A DNA stretch of 61,864 bases, counting the filler, from Hausera hauseri (taxonomy: Eukaryota): the NCBI GenBank assembly GCA_046269625.1. It is 11 parts of 11 records of this genome, joined end to end, with 100 filler letters (N's around TTAATTAATTAA, not from the genome) between each part and the next. Parts side by side here need not be neighbours in the genome. Positions count along the whole stretch, not along the records: positions 10,066 to 17,342 come from JBJURY010025230.1; positions 17,443 to 23,355 come from JBJURY010169529.1; positions 23,456 to 30,794 come from JBJURY010021119.1; 8 more parts are not named here. The stretch is one strand, 5' to 3'. The translations under genes and the position numbers were made by a program. The notes beneath the pieces were generated by a model that worked only from the letters and a program-made list of their open reading frames with translations, was not told the DNA's origin and did not search any database. Of the stretch, positions 13,266 to 27,600 are shown piece after piece; positions within the stretch are counted from its first letter, which is position 1, and every line of letters starts with the position of its first letter.

Positions 13266-15449
13266 GTGGTAATATGTTTCAGCACAGCTCTTTACAGTTT
13301 AGGATGCAATATTTTAGACAACACAGTTTTTTTAGCATTTATGGTCACTTATTTTATACAATGCAGCTTTTGTACGCTGTATAGTAATTTATTTGAGTTG
13401 ACGCAACCTTTCCAGCATTCATTTCAAGGTAAAAAAAAAGAACAAAATCAAAATGTGTTTCTTCATTTTTATTAACTCAGAGCATCTGTTAAAATAAAAG
13501 ATAGCTATTTTATTATCTTTATATAAGGATACATAAAATCAAACATTATTTTTGCCAAAAGTGTAAGGGGAAGACCGATTTACAGCTCAAGTCTTTAAGA
13601 TTTAATTTGCCTCATTTAAACCCAACTTCAGTGTGGAATTAATCTATCATCACATGAACCATCAAAGCGGTACAAGCAGAAAGTTTCTTCTCTTATAAAG
13701 AATAAGGACCCTTATTTTCTTTACGAGCTGAGCTCCCTCAGCCGTGGCTTATCACTCTGAGAGTGAAACCTTCATCATGTACAGATGTGAAGCCTAATGG
13801 CAACCAACCATAGCCTGGGGTTGGAAGTGGGTGGTTTGGGGACTCTGACGGTGGATGGTTGCACATGGAACCATATTGATTACCACTCATGTTTTCTTAA
13901 ATCAATGTCCATCAGCCATTGGCCATTTTGTTCTATATGTTTCATTGAAAAAGATGATCGATGGAGGTGGCTGGCTTCATTTAGGGAGCTTATCTAGAGA
14001 ATTGCAGGTTCCTTCAGGAGATTTAGCATGTTTCCATCGCCACCATGACTGGCATCTAAAATAAGGGCAAATAGTTATCGATGGATGTAACCCTGTCATC
14101 ATCCTTCACATCTCACATTTCTTCTATGCACCCCCTTGAGGATTCAAAAACACCATCTACATACATTGGCTAGCATATGGACAACTATATGGTTATATAC
14201 ATATTGTGCATCAAACCTGTTCCACTGTAAATACATGTATGCATAAATACATAATTGTGGTAAAAAATAACAACAATCTGTCTAATCCATAAACATAATG
14301 TCTGGCACTGACATGCCTTTTCACACCTTTGCACCACGTCTTTCTTGATCCAAATTTGAAACAATGGAACATTTTTCAGGTCAATCAGCAGCTTTGACAG
14401 GTTATAAACCCCAAGGCTATATTTCACACACCCCAAAAGTCCCTACTTTCAGCTAACCCCCACATTTTGTATTCATTCTAAAACACAATCTAACTTTTGA
14501 TTGTTCCTTTGTAAGCCAGGAGATGCAGGTTTGAGGCTCTGCGAGGAGCGGATCTCGCTTGGCTGTTGTCAGCCAGATTTATTTTTCCTCCCAGCACTGA
14601 GGCTCGGTTAGCACTCAGCACAGCCCAAACCCCCTGGTGCTCACGCCAATCTATCAAGTCTATCAGTGTTTCATGTAGCCTGGAGGACACTGGCTCACAG
14701 CCTGAATGAGCTCACTCATCTAACTTCTCTTCCTCTCTCCACCATTGCTATGCTGTCCCTGTGCCACACGTCTGAGCGATAGATGTCTGTCTGGACTTCA
14801 TGTGAAAAAACAAGCAAGCTGAAGAAACCTTAACATTACAGTCTTTAATCAAAATAGCTGAAAATAGTAAAGAGAGGAGCATCCAAACAGTTAAACTCAG
14901 AGGAGAGCATTATTTTGTTCTAGAGGTCCATTTGGACTTATTTACAGCAATCAAATGGCCACTCACTAAACTGAAACAATCCCACCTCATCATAACTAAA
15001 GTGGTACTAAATAAACAAAAAACACTTGCAATGGTTTGCTTGTATGAAAGCACCGTACATTTCTATTCATTAATACTTGACTGGATCATAAAAAAAGGTA
15101 GAAGAAGTGTTTAGTTTATATTCTCTTTTAGTTTCCAGTGGTCAGTAAAAATATGTTTGTAGTATAGTCAGAAGGCTTATTTGAATGACAGCAGTACTTT
15201 TATGACAAAGTCAAAAGATTTCGCATTTGAGCTCAATTTTGACAATAAATATTAATATTTTAATATTAAGACAATTAGCACTCAAACAACCAATCTTAGG
15301 TAACAAACAGTATAAACAGTATATAAGCAGCTGAAAGAGGTAGCTCAGTGCATCCCAAATTTTTCAATATTGATATCTTAATATAACAATATAGGACAAC
15401 ATTACTGCCTTTAAAATCGTTATTTTTTTTTGCTTCTGCAGTATTGCAG

Positions 15450-15850
15450 ATTCTGTACCGGTCTGTTGTGGTGAAGAGGCAGCTGAGCTGTAAGACAAAG
15501 CTCCCTGTTTACAGGTTGGTCTATGCTTCTACCCCAACCTAGGGTCATGCATTTTTAGTAGTGGAATGTATTCATGAATAGAGAGTGTGAAATTAATTTT
15601 CTCCGCAGGATAGCTGGACTCTCCCTTAGCGACATAGGGTTAGATGTTCAGTTATCCAGGAGACACTCAAAGTAAAACCGCTGCTCCTCCACATCGAGAG
15701 GAGCCAGTTCAGGTGGTTCAGACGTTGGTAAGTTTGCCTCCTGGATGCCTCGCTATAGGGAGGTGCTTCAGGGATGCCCAACTGAGAGGAGACCCCCAAG
15801 AGAGACACAGGACACACTGGAGATACTATGCCTCTCATCTTGCCTGGAAA
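15450..15850 (+). mobile_element. Rex3/Expander (RTE-clade LINE) 3' fragment
   Basis: GTTGTGGTGAAGAG..GAGCTG..CTCTCCCTTAG..CCGCTGCTCCTCCACATCGAGAGGAGCCAG..TGCCTCCTGGATGCCTC..AGGACACACTGGAGA is typical teleost Rex3 sequence. Confidence 0.8.
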
Positions 15851-18029
15851 TTTTAAATGCTGCACTTTTACTCAACACATTTACTTTTAATACTTAAAAC
15901 ATTTTATATCAGAAATTTACTTCTAATGATCAAGTACAGTAAATGACTCAAGAAAAATTCTTAAAAAAGACTAAATTTAACCAAAGTCATTTTATTGTAA
16001 GATACTGTACTTTACTTTAATTTTCACTTGGAGTTAGTGCACAAGAGTCAAAATGTTCATGTATTGAGGTGGCCACAGGTTCTCTGTACCTGCCACTTAT
16101 TTTTGTCCTGATATATTTAAGTCATCGCTGTTTTGCTTTTGGTTTTATTGTACTCTATGTTCAGGGATTTTTTATTAAGGTTGTTTTATTTGTAAAGTGT
16201 TAATTATCTCTCTTCATGGTGTTGCAGGAGTGGTCATGGAGGGGTGGATTAAGAGAAAGGTAGTGGGGCTGCTCACTGTGGCTTTTTCTTTTATTTTAGA
16301 AAGTTTGTGTTGTGTGTGATGATGTGTATATGCCACATCATGGGGGCAATTTTCAAGACAAACAGATCCTTGGAAGGACCTGATGTTCCTTATGGGGTAC
16401 AAATACAGATCTTTGCTGAGGGGTTAAGCTTAGGACCAAGGTGTGAATTGGTTTCAGGCTAGGTTTAGGGTTCTGTTAGATTCTGTACAGTGATTTTCCT
16501 ACCGCTTCAAACTGGTTTTCTGTTTAGTTATAAAAGTGACTAATATCAGTCACAGACAGCTAAAGAAATACTTATTGGCATGTAATGAACTGTTAGTTAA
16601 TGTATGTTTCATCATGTTAAAATGCTACAAATCTTACTGGCAAACACATGGGACTACAATAAAAAGGCCTGTCTGGACAAGAAATGTTGATTTTAATGCT
16701 AGTATAGCTGGTGCCATATTGTTTCTCAGCATACTAGGAGAAGAGAAACGTTTTCACTTCAGGTGATGTTTGGTATACATGTTCAGATAACTTCAAGCCA
16801 ATATATTTTATGCTCTTCTGTTATCTGGTCAAAATATTTATTGTGTGTCTCTTTAAATGAACCCATGTTGATGGGTTGATCATCATCTGTTTTTGCACAG
16901 TGGAAACCAGACCCTGATTTGTCTCTTGAATTTTGTGATGTTTGACCAGAAGCTGAGTTCTAAAAGAACAAATTTGCACACACTGTGATTATGCTCTCAA
17001 AGGGTCACCGTGGTGAAAAGTGCTCCTGATCATGTATCTCCATTAAAACCAGAAAGAAGTGGATTTGAACAACCCCCAGAGGTCTTATTATGTTCTTGTT
17101 GCTTAGTGACGGGGTTTCCTGGGAGACATTTAGGGGATGTTGACCTCTCATGCTTCAATGTAAACCACACATTTATACTCCTGAAGAGAAATAACATATT
17201 AATCGTGTTCGTTTACCGAGACGTGTGCAGGAATTGTGCTGAAAATGTAACAGTGCAAGAAAGTGATACGGGAGATACTTAGTCGTTTTAAGGAGCTCCT
17301 TTGAGAAGGCTCGAGTTTTATTCTCAGCGTTCTGAGTTTTATNNNNNNNNNNNNNNNNNNNNNNNNNNNNNNNNNNNNNNNNNNNNTTAATTAATTAANN
17401 NNNNNNNNNNNNNNNNNNNNNNNNNNNNNNNNNNNNNNNNNNTTATGTCTGTTTGCTTTAACGGATGTCGATTTGTGACTGATACTCTGCATATGAGATA
17501 TCTTGTTCAATTTATTTTTTATTTGGCGTACGCTAAATTTCCTATCATATAAAACATTTTTTTTCTCCGCCTTTCTCGGTTTCCGGGCATTTTTAAAGTG
17601 GATTACGTAAGCATGGATGTGTGGTTCTAATGCGTTGGAGTTTTATTAAATCAGCACTATTTTTGATAAAATTTTTACGAAGTTATTTATTTACATGTCT
17701 AGAAAGTCCGATTGGAAAAACGAAAATTTATGTTGTGGGAACTGGAATTCTTTATTTAAATTAAAAATGTAAAATATTAAAAGTATAATTTAAATTTGGA
17801 ATTTCGGAAAATTTGTTTAAAAATGAGTATTTTGAGATAAAATAAAAATTTTCAACAACTAGTCTTACTTTGCAATGAGTAATTACCAGGGGGCGGGGAT
17901 TTTCCAACCCTACCCAAGCTGGGAAATGATGTGGACTTGCCCGCATCCAACATGGCGAACCAATTGTTTCATAACAAATTCAGGAAAGGAGACGACGTGG
18001 AGAAGTTCATTAAAGGATGTGAAAAATTC

Positions 18030-19270
18030 TATCACCTACATATAATCCATATTGTACCCATATTTCACCTATATTTCCCATGTTTTGTCTACAAATTTTC
18101 TATACAAAAGGCCAATGTATCCAAATATCACCACATTTTACCAATATATTACTTATATAACACCCTGTATTTGATCATATTTTACTAATATCACATGTAT
18201 TTTTAATTTACCCATATAACTTATATATTACATTGTCCATATTTTAGCCATATCATATTTTACTATCCATATAACTCATGTTTTACCTAGATTCTATGTA
18301 TTAGCCACATTTTACTTGTATTATATTTTACATATATTTCTCTGAAATGGTCTGTATTTTACTATATATGGACCATATTTTATCAACGTCACTTTACCTC
18401 CATTTCATCATTACACATGAAATACAACAAAAATCATGCCCATCTATTGAGAAATATATGAAGACATTACATAAAGACATGTGAAAATAAAGGAAACATT
18501 ACAGAAATAGTCCAGATTGTCTAGCTTTGATTTTCAATTAAACACATGTTTTTGGAACTCTAAGACTGCTTTATTCATGATAAAAAGGGCATTCTATCAG
18601 TCAAATACCTGTTAAAGAAAGCCAGAAGTTCTAGTTATTCCACCTGTATTTTCTATATATTGAACAAGTTGATTGTAATTTATCTATCAGGGAAATATTT
18701 GGATTCATGTGATGATACTCAGTAGTTAAAGGCTTATGGGGTAATACTGTCAAACCAATTATATATGCAAATACCAATTTAATTACCAATACATCATCTC
18801 TATTTTGTCCATATTTTACATACATGATGCTTATGTACCTTGTATATTACCCAAATGTCAATCATATTTGGCCAATATTTCACTCATTCCCTACATATCA
18901 TCAATATATTACCCATATTTCACCGCATAATGCATATGTTTTTCCCCATATTTGGCCTTTATTAGGTACATTTTATATGCATTACCCATATATTTCCTAT
19001 TATTTATTCATCTTTTGCCTATAATTTACCTGTATTACCCGCAATCACGTATTTACCCGTGTTACCAATATATTTCCTGTTATTTAGTCATATGTTGCCC
19101 ATAATTTACCTGTATTAGCTGCATTTCACCAATGCTTTACACAAGTCACCTAAATATTTCCTCCATTTCACCCGTATTATACCAGTATCACCTAGATATT
19201 ACTTACATGTTAGCCATTTTACATGCATATTTTACTATACATTACCCATATAACTCATGTTTTACCTAGA
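18030..19270. repeat. Degenerate AT-rich low-complexity/satellite-like region
   Basis: Recurrent TTTACC/CCATAT/TATATT motifs; CCATATAACTCATGTTTTACCTAGA occurs near 18267 and 19246. Confidence 0.5.
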
Positions 19271-19972
19271 CCTTTCTTCATTAAATTGATTTGTGCATCG
19301 GTTAATTTGGAAAACAAACGCCAGTTTCTATTCATTTGTGAATTTTGATTTAAAATTAATTCGATTCGTGCATGAACTTTGATGGAAAACGTTAGCAATT
19401 CAATGTGTGTCTTGTTACTATATATGTTACTATATATGTTGTCATATTGTTCCGCGATTCTGAAATAGGGTTAGGGGAAATGAACTTAATTATTTTATAC
19501 ATTATGGTATTTTTTTCATATTTCACTATAAATTTTACAGAATCTCATAATTTATTCATGCAAAAAAATCTATATGTAATTAATACAAACATCCGAAATG
19601 CCATTTGCATTAAAGAAGAAATTATTATTTTTGTCATATCAGTTGCAAAAGGCATCTTTCAAAATTAAAAGATTTGAAAACAACGTAATAATCTATTTGG
19701 TAGTATAAAAAGCTGGGAAAATCATTTCTTTATACAAAATTTAAAATTTTGGTTTAATATTCAATTTGATAACCTCTAGACATTGGACAGTGTAAAGGAA
19801 CAGATGAATAAATCTAATACACACATTCATAACATGCCATACACACAACAGTGAACTGTAAAGAATATACCTAGCACCAATAGAAATGGTTTGAACTGGG
19901 CATTTGCAACATAATTTTTGCTTTCAAGTTTTATCAAACATACAGTTTTCATTTGGTTAGTTGATTATTTTA

Positions 19973-20715
19973 ATGCAGTACAGTTTGAACCTTGATCAAA
20001 ATTTAATCGAAACCGTTCGAAAACAATTAGCTGAAAAGGAAAAGAAAGATAAATTACGTTCTTTCTATTACGACGAATTATGTCGAATTGTTTCAGCTTT
20101 GAATATCGAGTTTGTTCATTTATTGTTGAAATGTGTTCCATTATATTAATTTAGTAATTTCGATGGTGCATTTTCCCCAACCAGTTTACAGAATTTATCG
20201 AATGACCTTTGCGACGGCCAGGTGTTTGAAATCATAAAAGGTCTTCGAGAAGAAAAAAACCAATATTTGAAGTTGCAAAGTCTCAGAAATGAACATTCTA
20301 GTTGTGAAAATTATATTCTATTGGAAATAATACAGGATGTTTAGAGAAAATCCAAACACTTATTCACGCCCAACGAGAAGAATTGTTGACAATTAGAGAT
20401 CGTGGAATTTGGGAGAATTCCAAAGCTCGTCAGCAAACTGAACGAAAAGTAATCAATATCTTTTTCAAAATATTCATATTGACGTTCGTTGAGATGCTAG
20501 AAAAGCTACATGCCGAAGAAATGCGTAAGTTACAAATGAAAATTATTCTCGCATTGGATGAAAAGGTTCTCGAACAACAGAAAGCCCTTTTGTTGGCAGG
20601 ATTGAATCAATTTTCCATAACAAGTGATTCGGAAAAAGTCAAAATGCAAATGAAATTGTTGGATATTCTAATTCAACTTAGTTTAAAAGATCCAAAAGAT
20701 GTTGTTAGTTGTTAA
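19973..20715 (+). CDS. DGCR6: DGCR6/gonadal (gdl) family protein, spliced
   Basis: Removing GT-AG introns 20110-20154, 20301-20344 and 20449-20493 gives ..LQNLSNDLCDGQVFEIIKGLRE..LRNEH..KIILALDEKVLEQQKALLLAGLNQFSITSDSEKVKMQMKLLDILIQLS, matching DGCR6 motifs (DGTVFEIVQGL; KIVLELDRKVADQQ..LQMNLL). The start codon is uncertain. Confidence 0.8.
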
Positions 20716-21259
20716 GAATTCCGTTATTTACGTTTGGAATTTAATATTAATGGGGTTGTACATACGTTTTTGTATTTAATTAATTTCCAAAATGGTAGAT
20801 TTTTATATTGTCATACAATGAGTTTCTTTTATTTTATTGTTTTTGCTGTTCAGTTGTTCTAATAGAACTTTTTATGAATTATTTTAGAACATTTCTAATT
20901 GATCTCATGGAATGTTTATGATTTGCAACGGTTTTGATTGTTCTAAAGAAATGATTGTGTGTTCTAATGGAACACTTATTTGTTTTGTTATTGTTCTTAA
21001 GGAATGTCTGTGTTCCAAAGGAACTTTTGTGTTCTATTCGAACGTTTTTGATTATTTTCTGTAATGTACATGAAATTCCATTTATACCATGTCAAATGGT
21101 GAAAATATTTATATCGAACGACAAAACAACTATAAATATTCCAAATGTATTTCTGTGACAAAGAACTGTAATTGGTGGTTTGACGGTTCGAAACCTTTTT
21201 AAAAAAAATCATGTCTTGTTTATGATATTATCTAACTCCAATTTATGATAGAAATGTTA

Positions 21260-23060
21260 TTAATTTTTTGGGTCTGTTATCAATCTGAATTTGTTGCAAA
21301 TCGTAGTTGTATCGAATTTGGAATTCATGTCGGCAAATGGTACTTGTCCAAAGTTAGACTATCTGGATTTATCGTACTGCCAGTTTACATCGTTGTCTAT
21401 GTCAACATCCCTACCGTCACATGGCAATAATTGATGAAATGATGTTACATCGAATTCCTCGCCTTTTATGAAATTAAAACAAAATTATCCAATTTTATGA
21501 CAGGAACGATCAGTGAAAAATTAAATCAATGTTTGTTAAAAGAACATTAATATTCAAAGTAACTGATGAAAAATTAATTAATAAATGGTCCAAATGTTCA
21601 TTTGAAAATCGACTTTATTCCATTTTATATGTATTCTATATAGTTACATCACACTTTACAACGAGACGGAATTTGTTGGTGCAGTAATTTTATTCGCATT
21701 TCCACAAATCATTCAAATCTTCTTCATTTCTCAATAACAATTTCTGAAATCTGTGTTAACATTTCCATGCATAATTTAAAAATATAATCAATAATCATTT
21801 TTAATTTGAATATTTTGTGAAGTCTTTGATACGGCTATGACGACAAACATATTCCGTCCACGGTAATTAGGATCAAAACTATGAATTCGCATACCTTGCT
21901 GGGATCTGCCATCTGTTCTTTTTTATTCCATTTCTTTGTTGAACTGACAACCATATTTTTATAACCATAAAACCTCCATACTAAATATCGGTCAATGGTG
22001 AATTCTAAACAACAAATTTCACACGTTTGTTCCGCATTTTTATGTCGATCTTCTGTGCCTAAATATTTTGAATGTTTTTTCTATACCTTTAATTTTGCAT
22101 TGATTTCATTGGGCGCACAGAAAAATTTGCTTAGCCATTATTTGTATGGAATGCATAATACATCAGTGAAATTGTCTATTGATTTCTGAATTAATTAGCA
22201 AAATTTTGATAAATGAATTATATTGAAGATCTAATTAAATGAAAATGCGAATGAATGTACAAAATAATTTCAACTGTTCATAATTTTGGTACGATAAATT
22301 CATCACCAACATAGATCAATGACACAGATTACGACGAACATGACGATTAATAGTAATATTCGATCTACATGTCCATCAGAATTCATCAAACAAGATCAAG
22401 AATTCTGTCGAAATTGCAGCATCATTAATGACAAACCGGAAATTGGCCATTGTGTTTAGTTAATTTCAATTTATCGGTTTACTTAAATTAGCACATACAA
22501 ATTGATAAATTTTGACGAATACACTCGACGTATAACATTCTCTCATTATTTATTTACTCGCTAATGATGAAATGAGTTTGAATTATAGATTCAATGCGGG
22601 ATGGATTACTGTTCGTGCTACTTTTTGTGAGTTTCTTACATGAGAAATTGCGTGATATTAAGGATATGTTCCAGGTACTGTCCTGCTGTTTGGGGTTTAT
22701 GTAAATGGTCAATTCCTTCATGGAATAATTACTGGTACATTCATATTTCACAAATCCATGAAACTATCAGTTAAATTGAATAAGACTGATGGATTGCTGA
22801 TGTTTGGTAGGGATTCATTGGATAATAAATTGATGGTGGAATTGAATTTCGATACCATTTCTTTGGTATTCAATGAGGACAAGGATAGTCGTGATTTTGT
22901 GGAGTTTTGTACGTTGACGATCTTTCTAATTCCATTGATTTGCATTGCAGGTCGTTGCCATAAACATTGCATTGGTCATTTATTGATTTTATCTGTTACC
23001 ATGACAACAAGTAGTGGGACAATTAATGAAATAACAATGACATGCAATGGTGGTAAACAA
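21260..23060 (-). pseudogene. Possible decayed signal peptide-ectodomain-TM-RING gene
   Basis: Hydrophobic start (VISLIVPLLVVMV), ORFs 22748-22972 and 22554-22751, a TM-like ILLLIVMFVVICVI and a CEICCLEF RING-like start near 22025. The rest of the RING was not recovered. Confidence 0.25.
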
Positions 23061-24619
23061 TCAATGCTAATCACCATCAAGAAGGTCGCAAGTAAGTTTC
23101 GTAACTTTACACTGGAACAATTTGAATAGTTGTTTCGTATTAATTACAAAATTATTGGTCACGATATGCGATAAATGAATTTTACAAATCTTACTTCGTG
23201 GGGCAATGCAATTTGCCTATGTTGACATTGACTATTGGGCCTATGACATTTAAATTCATAACAGGCTAAATTTATTTTACATAGACACTAAATACAAGTT
23301 TTAATAAAGTCACTAATTACATTGTCCAGTTCCTTCTGACTGCTTTGTAATTCATNNNNNNNNNNNNNNNNNNNNNNNNNNNNNNNNNNNNNNNNNNNNT
23401 TAATTAATTAANNNNNNNNNNNNNNNNNNNNNNNNNNNNNNNNNNNNNNNNNNNNATAAGATTATTCAAGATCATTATCCATATTTAAAGCAATAAAGGT
23501 CATGATCGGGGAGGTACATCCGAATGTTTATGAATATTATATATATATATATATATATATGCACACTTTCTGAAATCTTATTACGCACCTGTGTCGCATA
23601 TAATGTGCCGAGTGTTCCTTCGAGTTGAGAAATTTCGTTTGATATTAGGTCTCGGGCATGTTATCGACTGTGTGAGAAAAAATTTACTTAAACCATGATC
23701 TACCTGATTGCAGGGGTCACCCCAGAATACCCGATGGGAAATCAGGTGAATGAATGATATGATGTGGGAATCTAGGGATTCCAGGTTTATGTTAGTTATC
23801 GCTGTTGGGTAGGTTCTATTAAAAGTAATTTCGCTATTACGGGAATGCATACTTTCGGTAAATAATTTCCAGGGATTCTAAGACCTTTATTTTTATCCTA
23901 TGTATAATCATAGGACATAAATGTGCCAAACATTCATTTATCACATTTCATAATTGTCATCCAGGCATTTTTATCTTGTTATAATAAATCACTTAATGCA
24001 AATATTACCCTATTTAGCCACCTGTTATGATTATGTACAAATAGTTTAGCATATTAAAATTTGATTAGTTATTACAACGGCAAATTGGAATATTTTTGTG
24101 AAGGCTTCGAGAATCTACACCTCATTGTACGAGCTAAGTAAGAGCATTTCATTAGTTCTTTGGAGATGTTAGGTGCATATTCCTACGTGTTTGGGCAAAG
24201 AAACTAGCATCTTAGATTCACGTATTCTAGAGCGATGGGTTTTTTAATTTTTATTGGTTTTGTTCTTAGATTGTTTAATTAAAGGTTGTCTCGGTTCTAC
24301 CGTGATTTATGTAAACAGAAGTTTGTATTGTGGTGCGTTTGGATTGTCCCTATTAGCGCTTATTCAATATAACTGAAATTTGACACGTTAATTTTTCACC
24401 CGTGTTGAATCGGCACCTTTTTTCCGATTTCCTCGACGTCGTTTTAGTGCTTCATTGTTCGCTAGGGTTTCAGAGATGGTTGCATATAGCGTACTCATTG
24501 CCTATTAAAAACGGCATGTGTGAGTGTGCGTTCTGGCACTGTGGGTTTGATCCCCACCTGTTTTGGTGCGGCGTTTATACTACATGCAACCACGAATTTG
24601 CTTCTTGTCACTGTAGGGT

Positions 24620-27600
24620 TTCAATGAAGTCGGGGTATCTTGACTGCACTCCTAGTGCAACTCGATACCGGTGCGACAGGGATTTGCTTTCGTATTGTCG
24701 TCCGTTCCGTTTCCGGAAGTACGGGCGTTGGGGTAATGTGTGTTTCAATTTGGACCGGTGTTGGGTCATATGCTACGGTAGTGTCCATGTTGAATGGATC
24801 AATTTTCTCATAGTTTTCTCGAAGCTTGTTTACTTCTGACATGTTGGGTGCGTCTCGTTGGATAGGACCTTCCGTATTGGAATCATGATAGCCGAACGCG
24901 GGTTTTACATTAGACAAGTGTAATATATGTTCGTCATCGTCGCGTAATATTTTGGCGTTGGGCTCAGTGATTTCTATGAGCTTGTAGGGGCCCGTGTCTT
25001 TGTTGTCTTTTAAGCCAGACAAAGGATGCATCTTGTAGGTTCTTGGGCATGATTGGCTTTTTGTGATTGTTGTAGAATGCAGGGTTCGTGTCTATTGACA
25101 GGAATTGCTCACGAGCTTTGTTGACAGCAGGAATGGAAGTTACTTCCTCGTTGCTCACCAGATCTTGCGGGAATGTGAGGTGGGCACCAAATAATAGTTG
25201 TGCTGGAGAGGCATCAGTGCTAGTATTGGGCGTGTTTCTTCACCATAATAGCGCAATGGGTAATGCATCCAGCCAGTTCTTGTTATCGTGGCATGGGATT
25301 CGTAAGGATGATTTGAGAGTACGATGATATCGTTCAATCAAGCAATTCTCCTGCGGGTGATAGGGTGATGTGTATAAGTGCTTTGGACCAAGCGATTTGA
25401 TTAATTGTTTAAACATGGCTGATTTAAATTGGGTACCTTGATCTGTTATAATGTTTTTAGGTACTCCAAACCGAGAAATTTATGTATTTAGCAACACAGC
25501 CACAACGCTTTGCGTTGTTATTTGGCGGATTGGAATGGCTTCGGGCCATCTTTTTTTCCGGTTGAGAATGGTTAGGATGTGCTGATATTTGCTACATTCG
25601 GGAAGTGGTCCTACTATGTCCATGTGGATGGTTTCAAACCGTGAGCCAGTAGGATAATGTAGGATTGGTTGTTGTATAATCTTGTTAATTTTATACTGTT
25701 GGCAAAGTAAACATTCTTTTGTCCACTGCTTTATGTCGCTTAGCATGCGAGGCCAACAAACTCTGTTACTTAATAGGCGAGCTGTGGCTTGGTGTGTGAA
25801 TGGTGTCAAGCGCCTGTTTCCGTAGGTTTTCTGCCAGAATTGGGCGTGGACAACCATTGAGGATAGTGTTGTAGTGTATTCTATCTTTTGTGTCGACTGT
25901 TTTGACGAACGTAACATCATCTTCATGTGGAGGGTTCGATCGTAGAACCTCTTCCGTGAAAATTGGGTCAAAGGATATTGTCGATATCCAAGTTCTGGAA
26001 AAGAAATCAGCAACTGTTATCTTTTCCAGTTATGTGTTCTATCTGAAATAAGAATTCCGACAGAAATGAGATGTGTCGTTCTCGACGAGATGATGGGTTT
26101 TTAATACTCATCATGTGTATGAGTGGTTTGTAATCCGTGCAAATTGTGAATACATTTCATTCGAGGAAATGTCTCAAGTGTTTGACACTGAGAATTATGG
26201 CTAGTAATTCTTGGTCGAACGTTGAGTAGCTTTGCTTAGCTGAACTGAATTTGTGGGAAAAGAATTCAATGGGAGCATTTTTTCCATCTCTTGACTGGGA
26301 AAGGATGGCGCCTGCAGCGATGGTGGATGCATCTGTTGTTAAGATGAACCTTGCACCTCGTTTAGGATAGTGTAGTGTAGGTATGTGAAGAAGCGCCGTT
26401 TTTGCATTGGCAAATACCTGTTAAGCTTCATCTCTCCAATTTATCTGGGATTTCTTGGGTCCTTGGCTTAGAGCAGATAGAGATAACAGGATTTCCGAGC
26501 AGTGCGGAATGTAGCGATGGCAGAAATTGATCGTGCCAAGGAAGCTGCGAAGTTTAGTCACTGTGGATGGCTTCGGTATTTGTTTGATGGTCTTTAGTCG
26601 CTTAGGAAGAGGACTGTGGCCATGTGGTGTTAACCGAAGTCCGCGAAATATGGCCTCAGTTTTAAAGAATGAACATTTGTTTATGTTCACCTGTAGGTTG
26701 TTTTCATTCAACCTATGAAACACATGTTCGAGGTGTATTTTGTGAGTCGCTTCATCGGGTGATGCAATTAATATGTCATCTATATATGGGATTACATAAG
26801 CCTTTTCGATGAGGACTTGGTCTATGTGGCATTGGAATGTTGGACTTGCATTCCTTAAGCCGAAAGGCACGCGTAGATACTCGAACAAACCAAAAGGCGT
26901 TATTACGGCCGTTTTTGGAATGTCTTTAGTAGCCACTTGGATCAGATGGTATGCCCTTTCCAGATCGATTGTGCTGAAGATTGCGGCACCATGCAGGTGA
27001 TACAATTTGTCGGTTACCAACGGTTTTGGGTATGAATCGTGGATAGTGACGATATTTAACATTCTGTAGTCACCACAAGGCCGGTATGATCCGTCCTTTT
27101 TGTGAACCATGTGCAATATTGATGCCCACGGTGATGTGGAGCGGTGTATGATGCCTGTTTTTTCCAGGTGTCGGAATTCGGCTTCCGCGGCTGCTGTATT
27201 GACAGGGTCAAGCTCCCTCCGGGGTTGCCGAATCGATCGATCACATGATGTGACGAGAAAGTGTGATGTTTTCACCTCTTTCTGTGTTGGTTGTGTTGAG
27301 CGTTTCAACTAGTTAGGGTATTACGCTTGGAGCAATGGTGCGATATCAATGGGATTTGCGATTTTTATACTTGTGACTGCGTTTATAGTTAGTGTGAATG
27401 CGGGTGGAGGTAATAGATTGCTCCCGTTAGTGAGTTTTTGATTTCGGCAATCAATTCTGAGATCGTAGTGATCTAGGAAGTCAAAACCAAGGATTGGTTA
27501 CATGACATCGGCCAATATGAATGACCAAGCGTATGGTCGGCCTTGTAGATAAAATTGCAGGTACAGTGTACCTGTGGTTGATATTCGCGTGCCATTGGCA

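Larger units (their letters stand above)
10066..17342. other. Teleost-like non-coding contig (probable host contamination)
   Basis: CpG-poor vertebrate-like composition, a Rex3/Expander fragment, a fish Tc1-type end and no credible long ORF. Confidence 0.75.
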
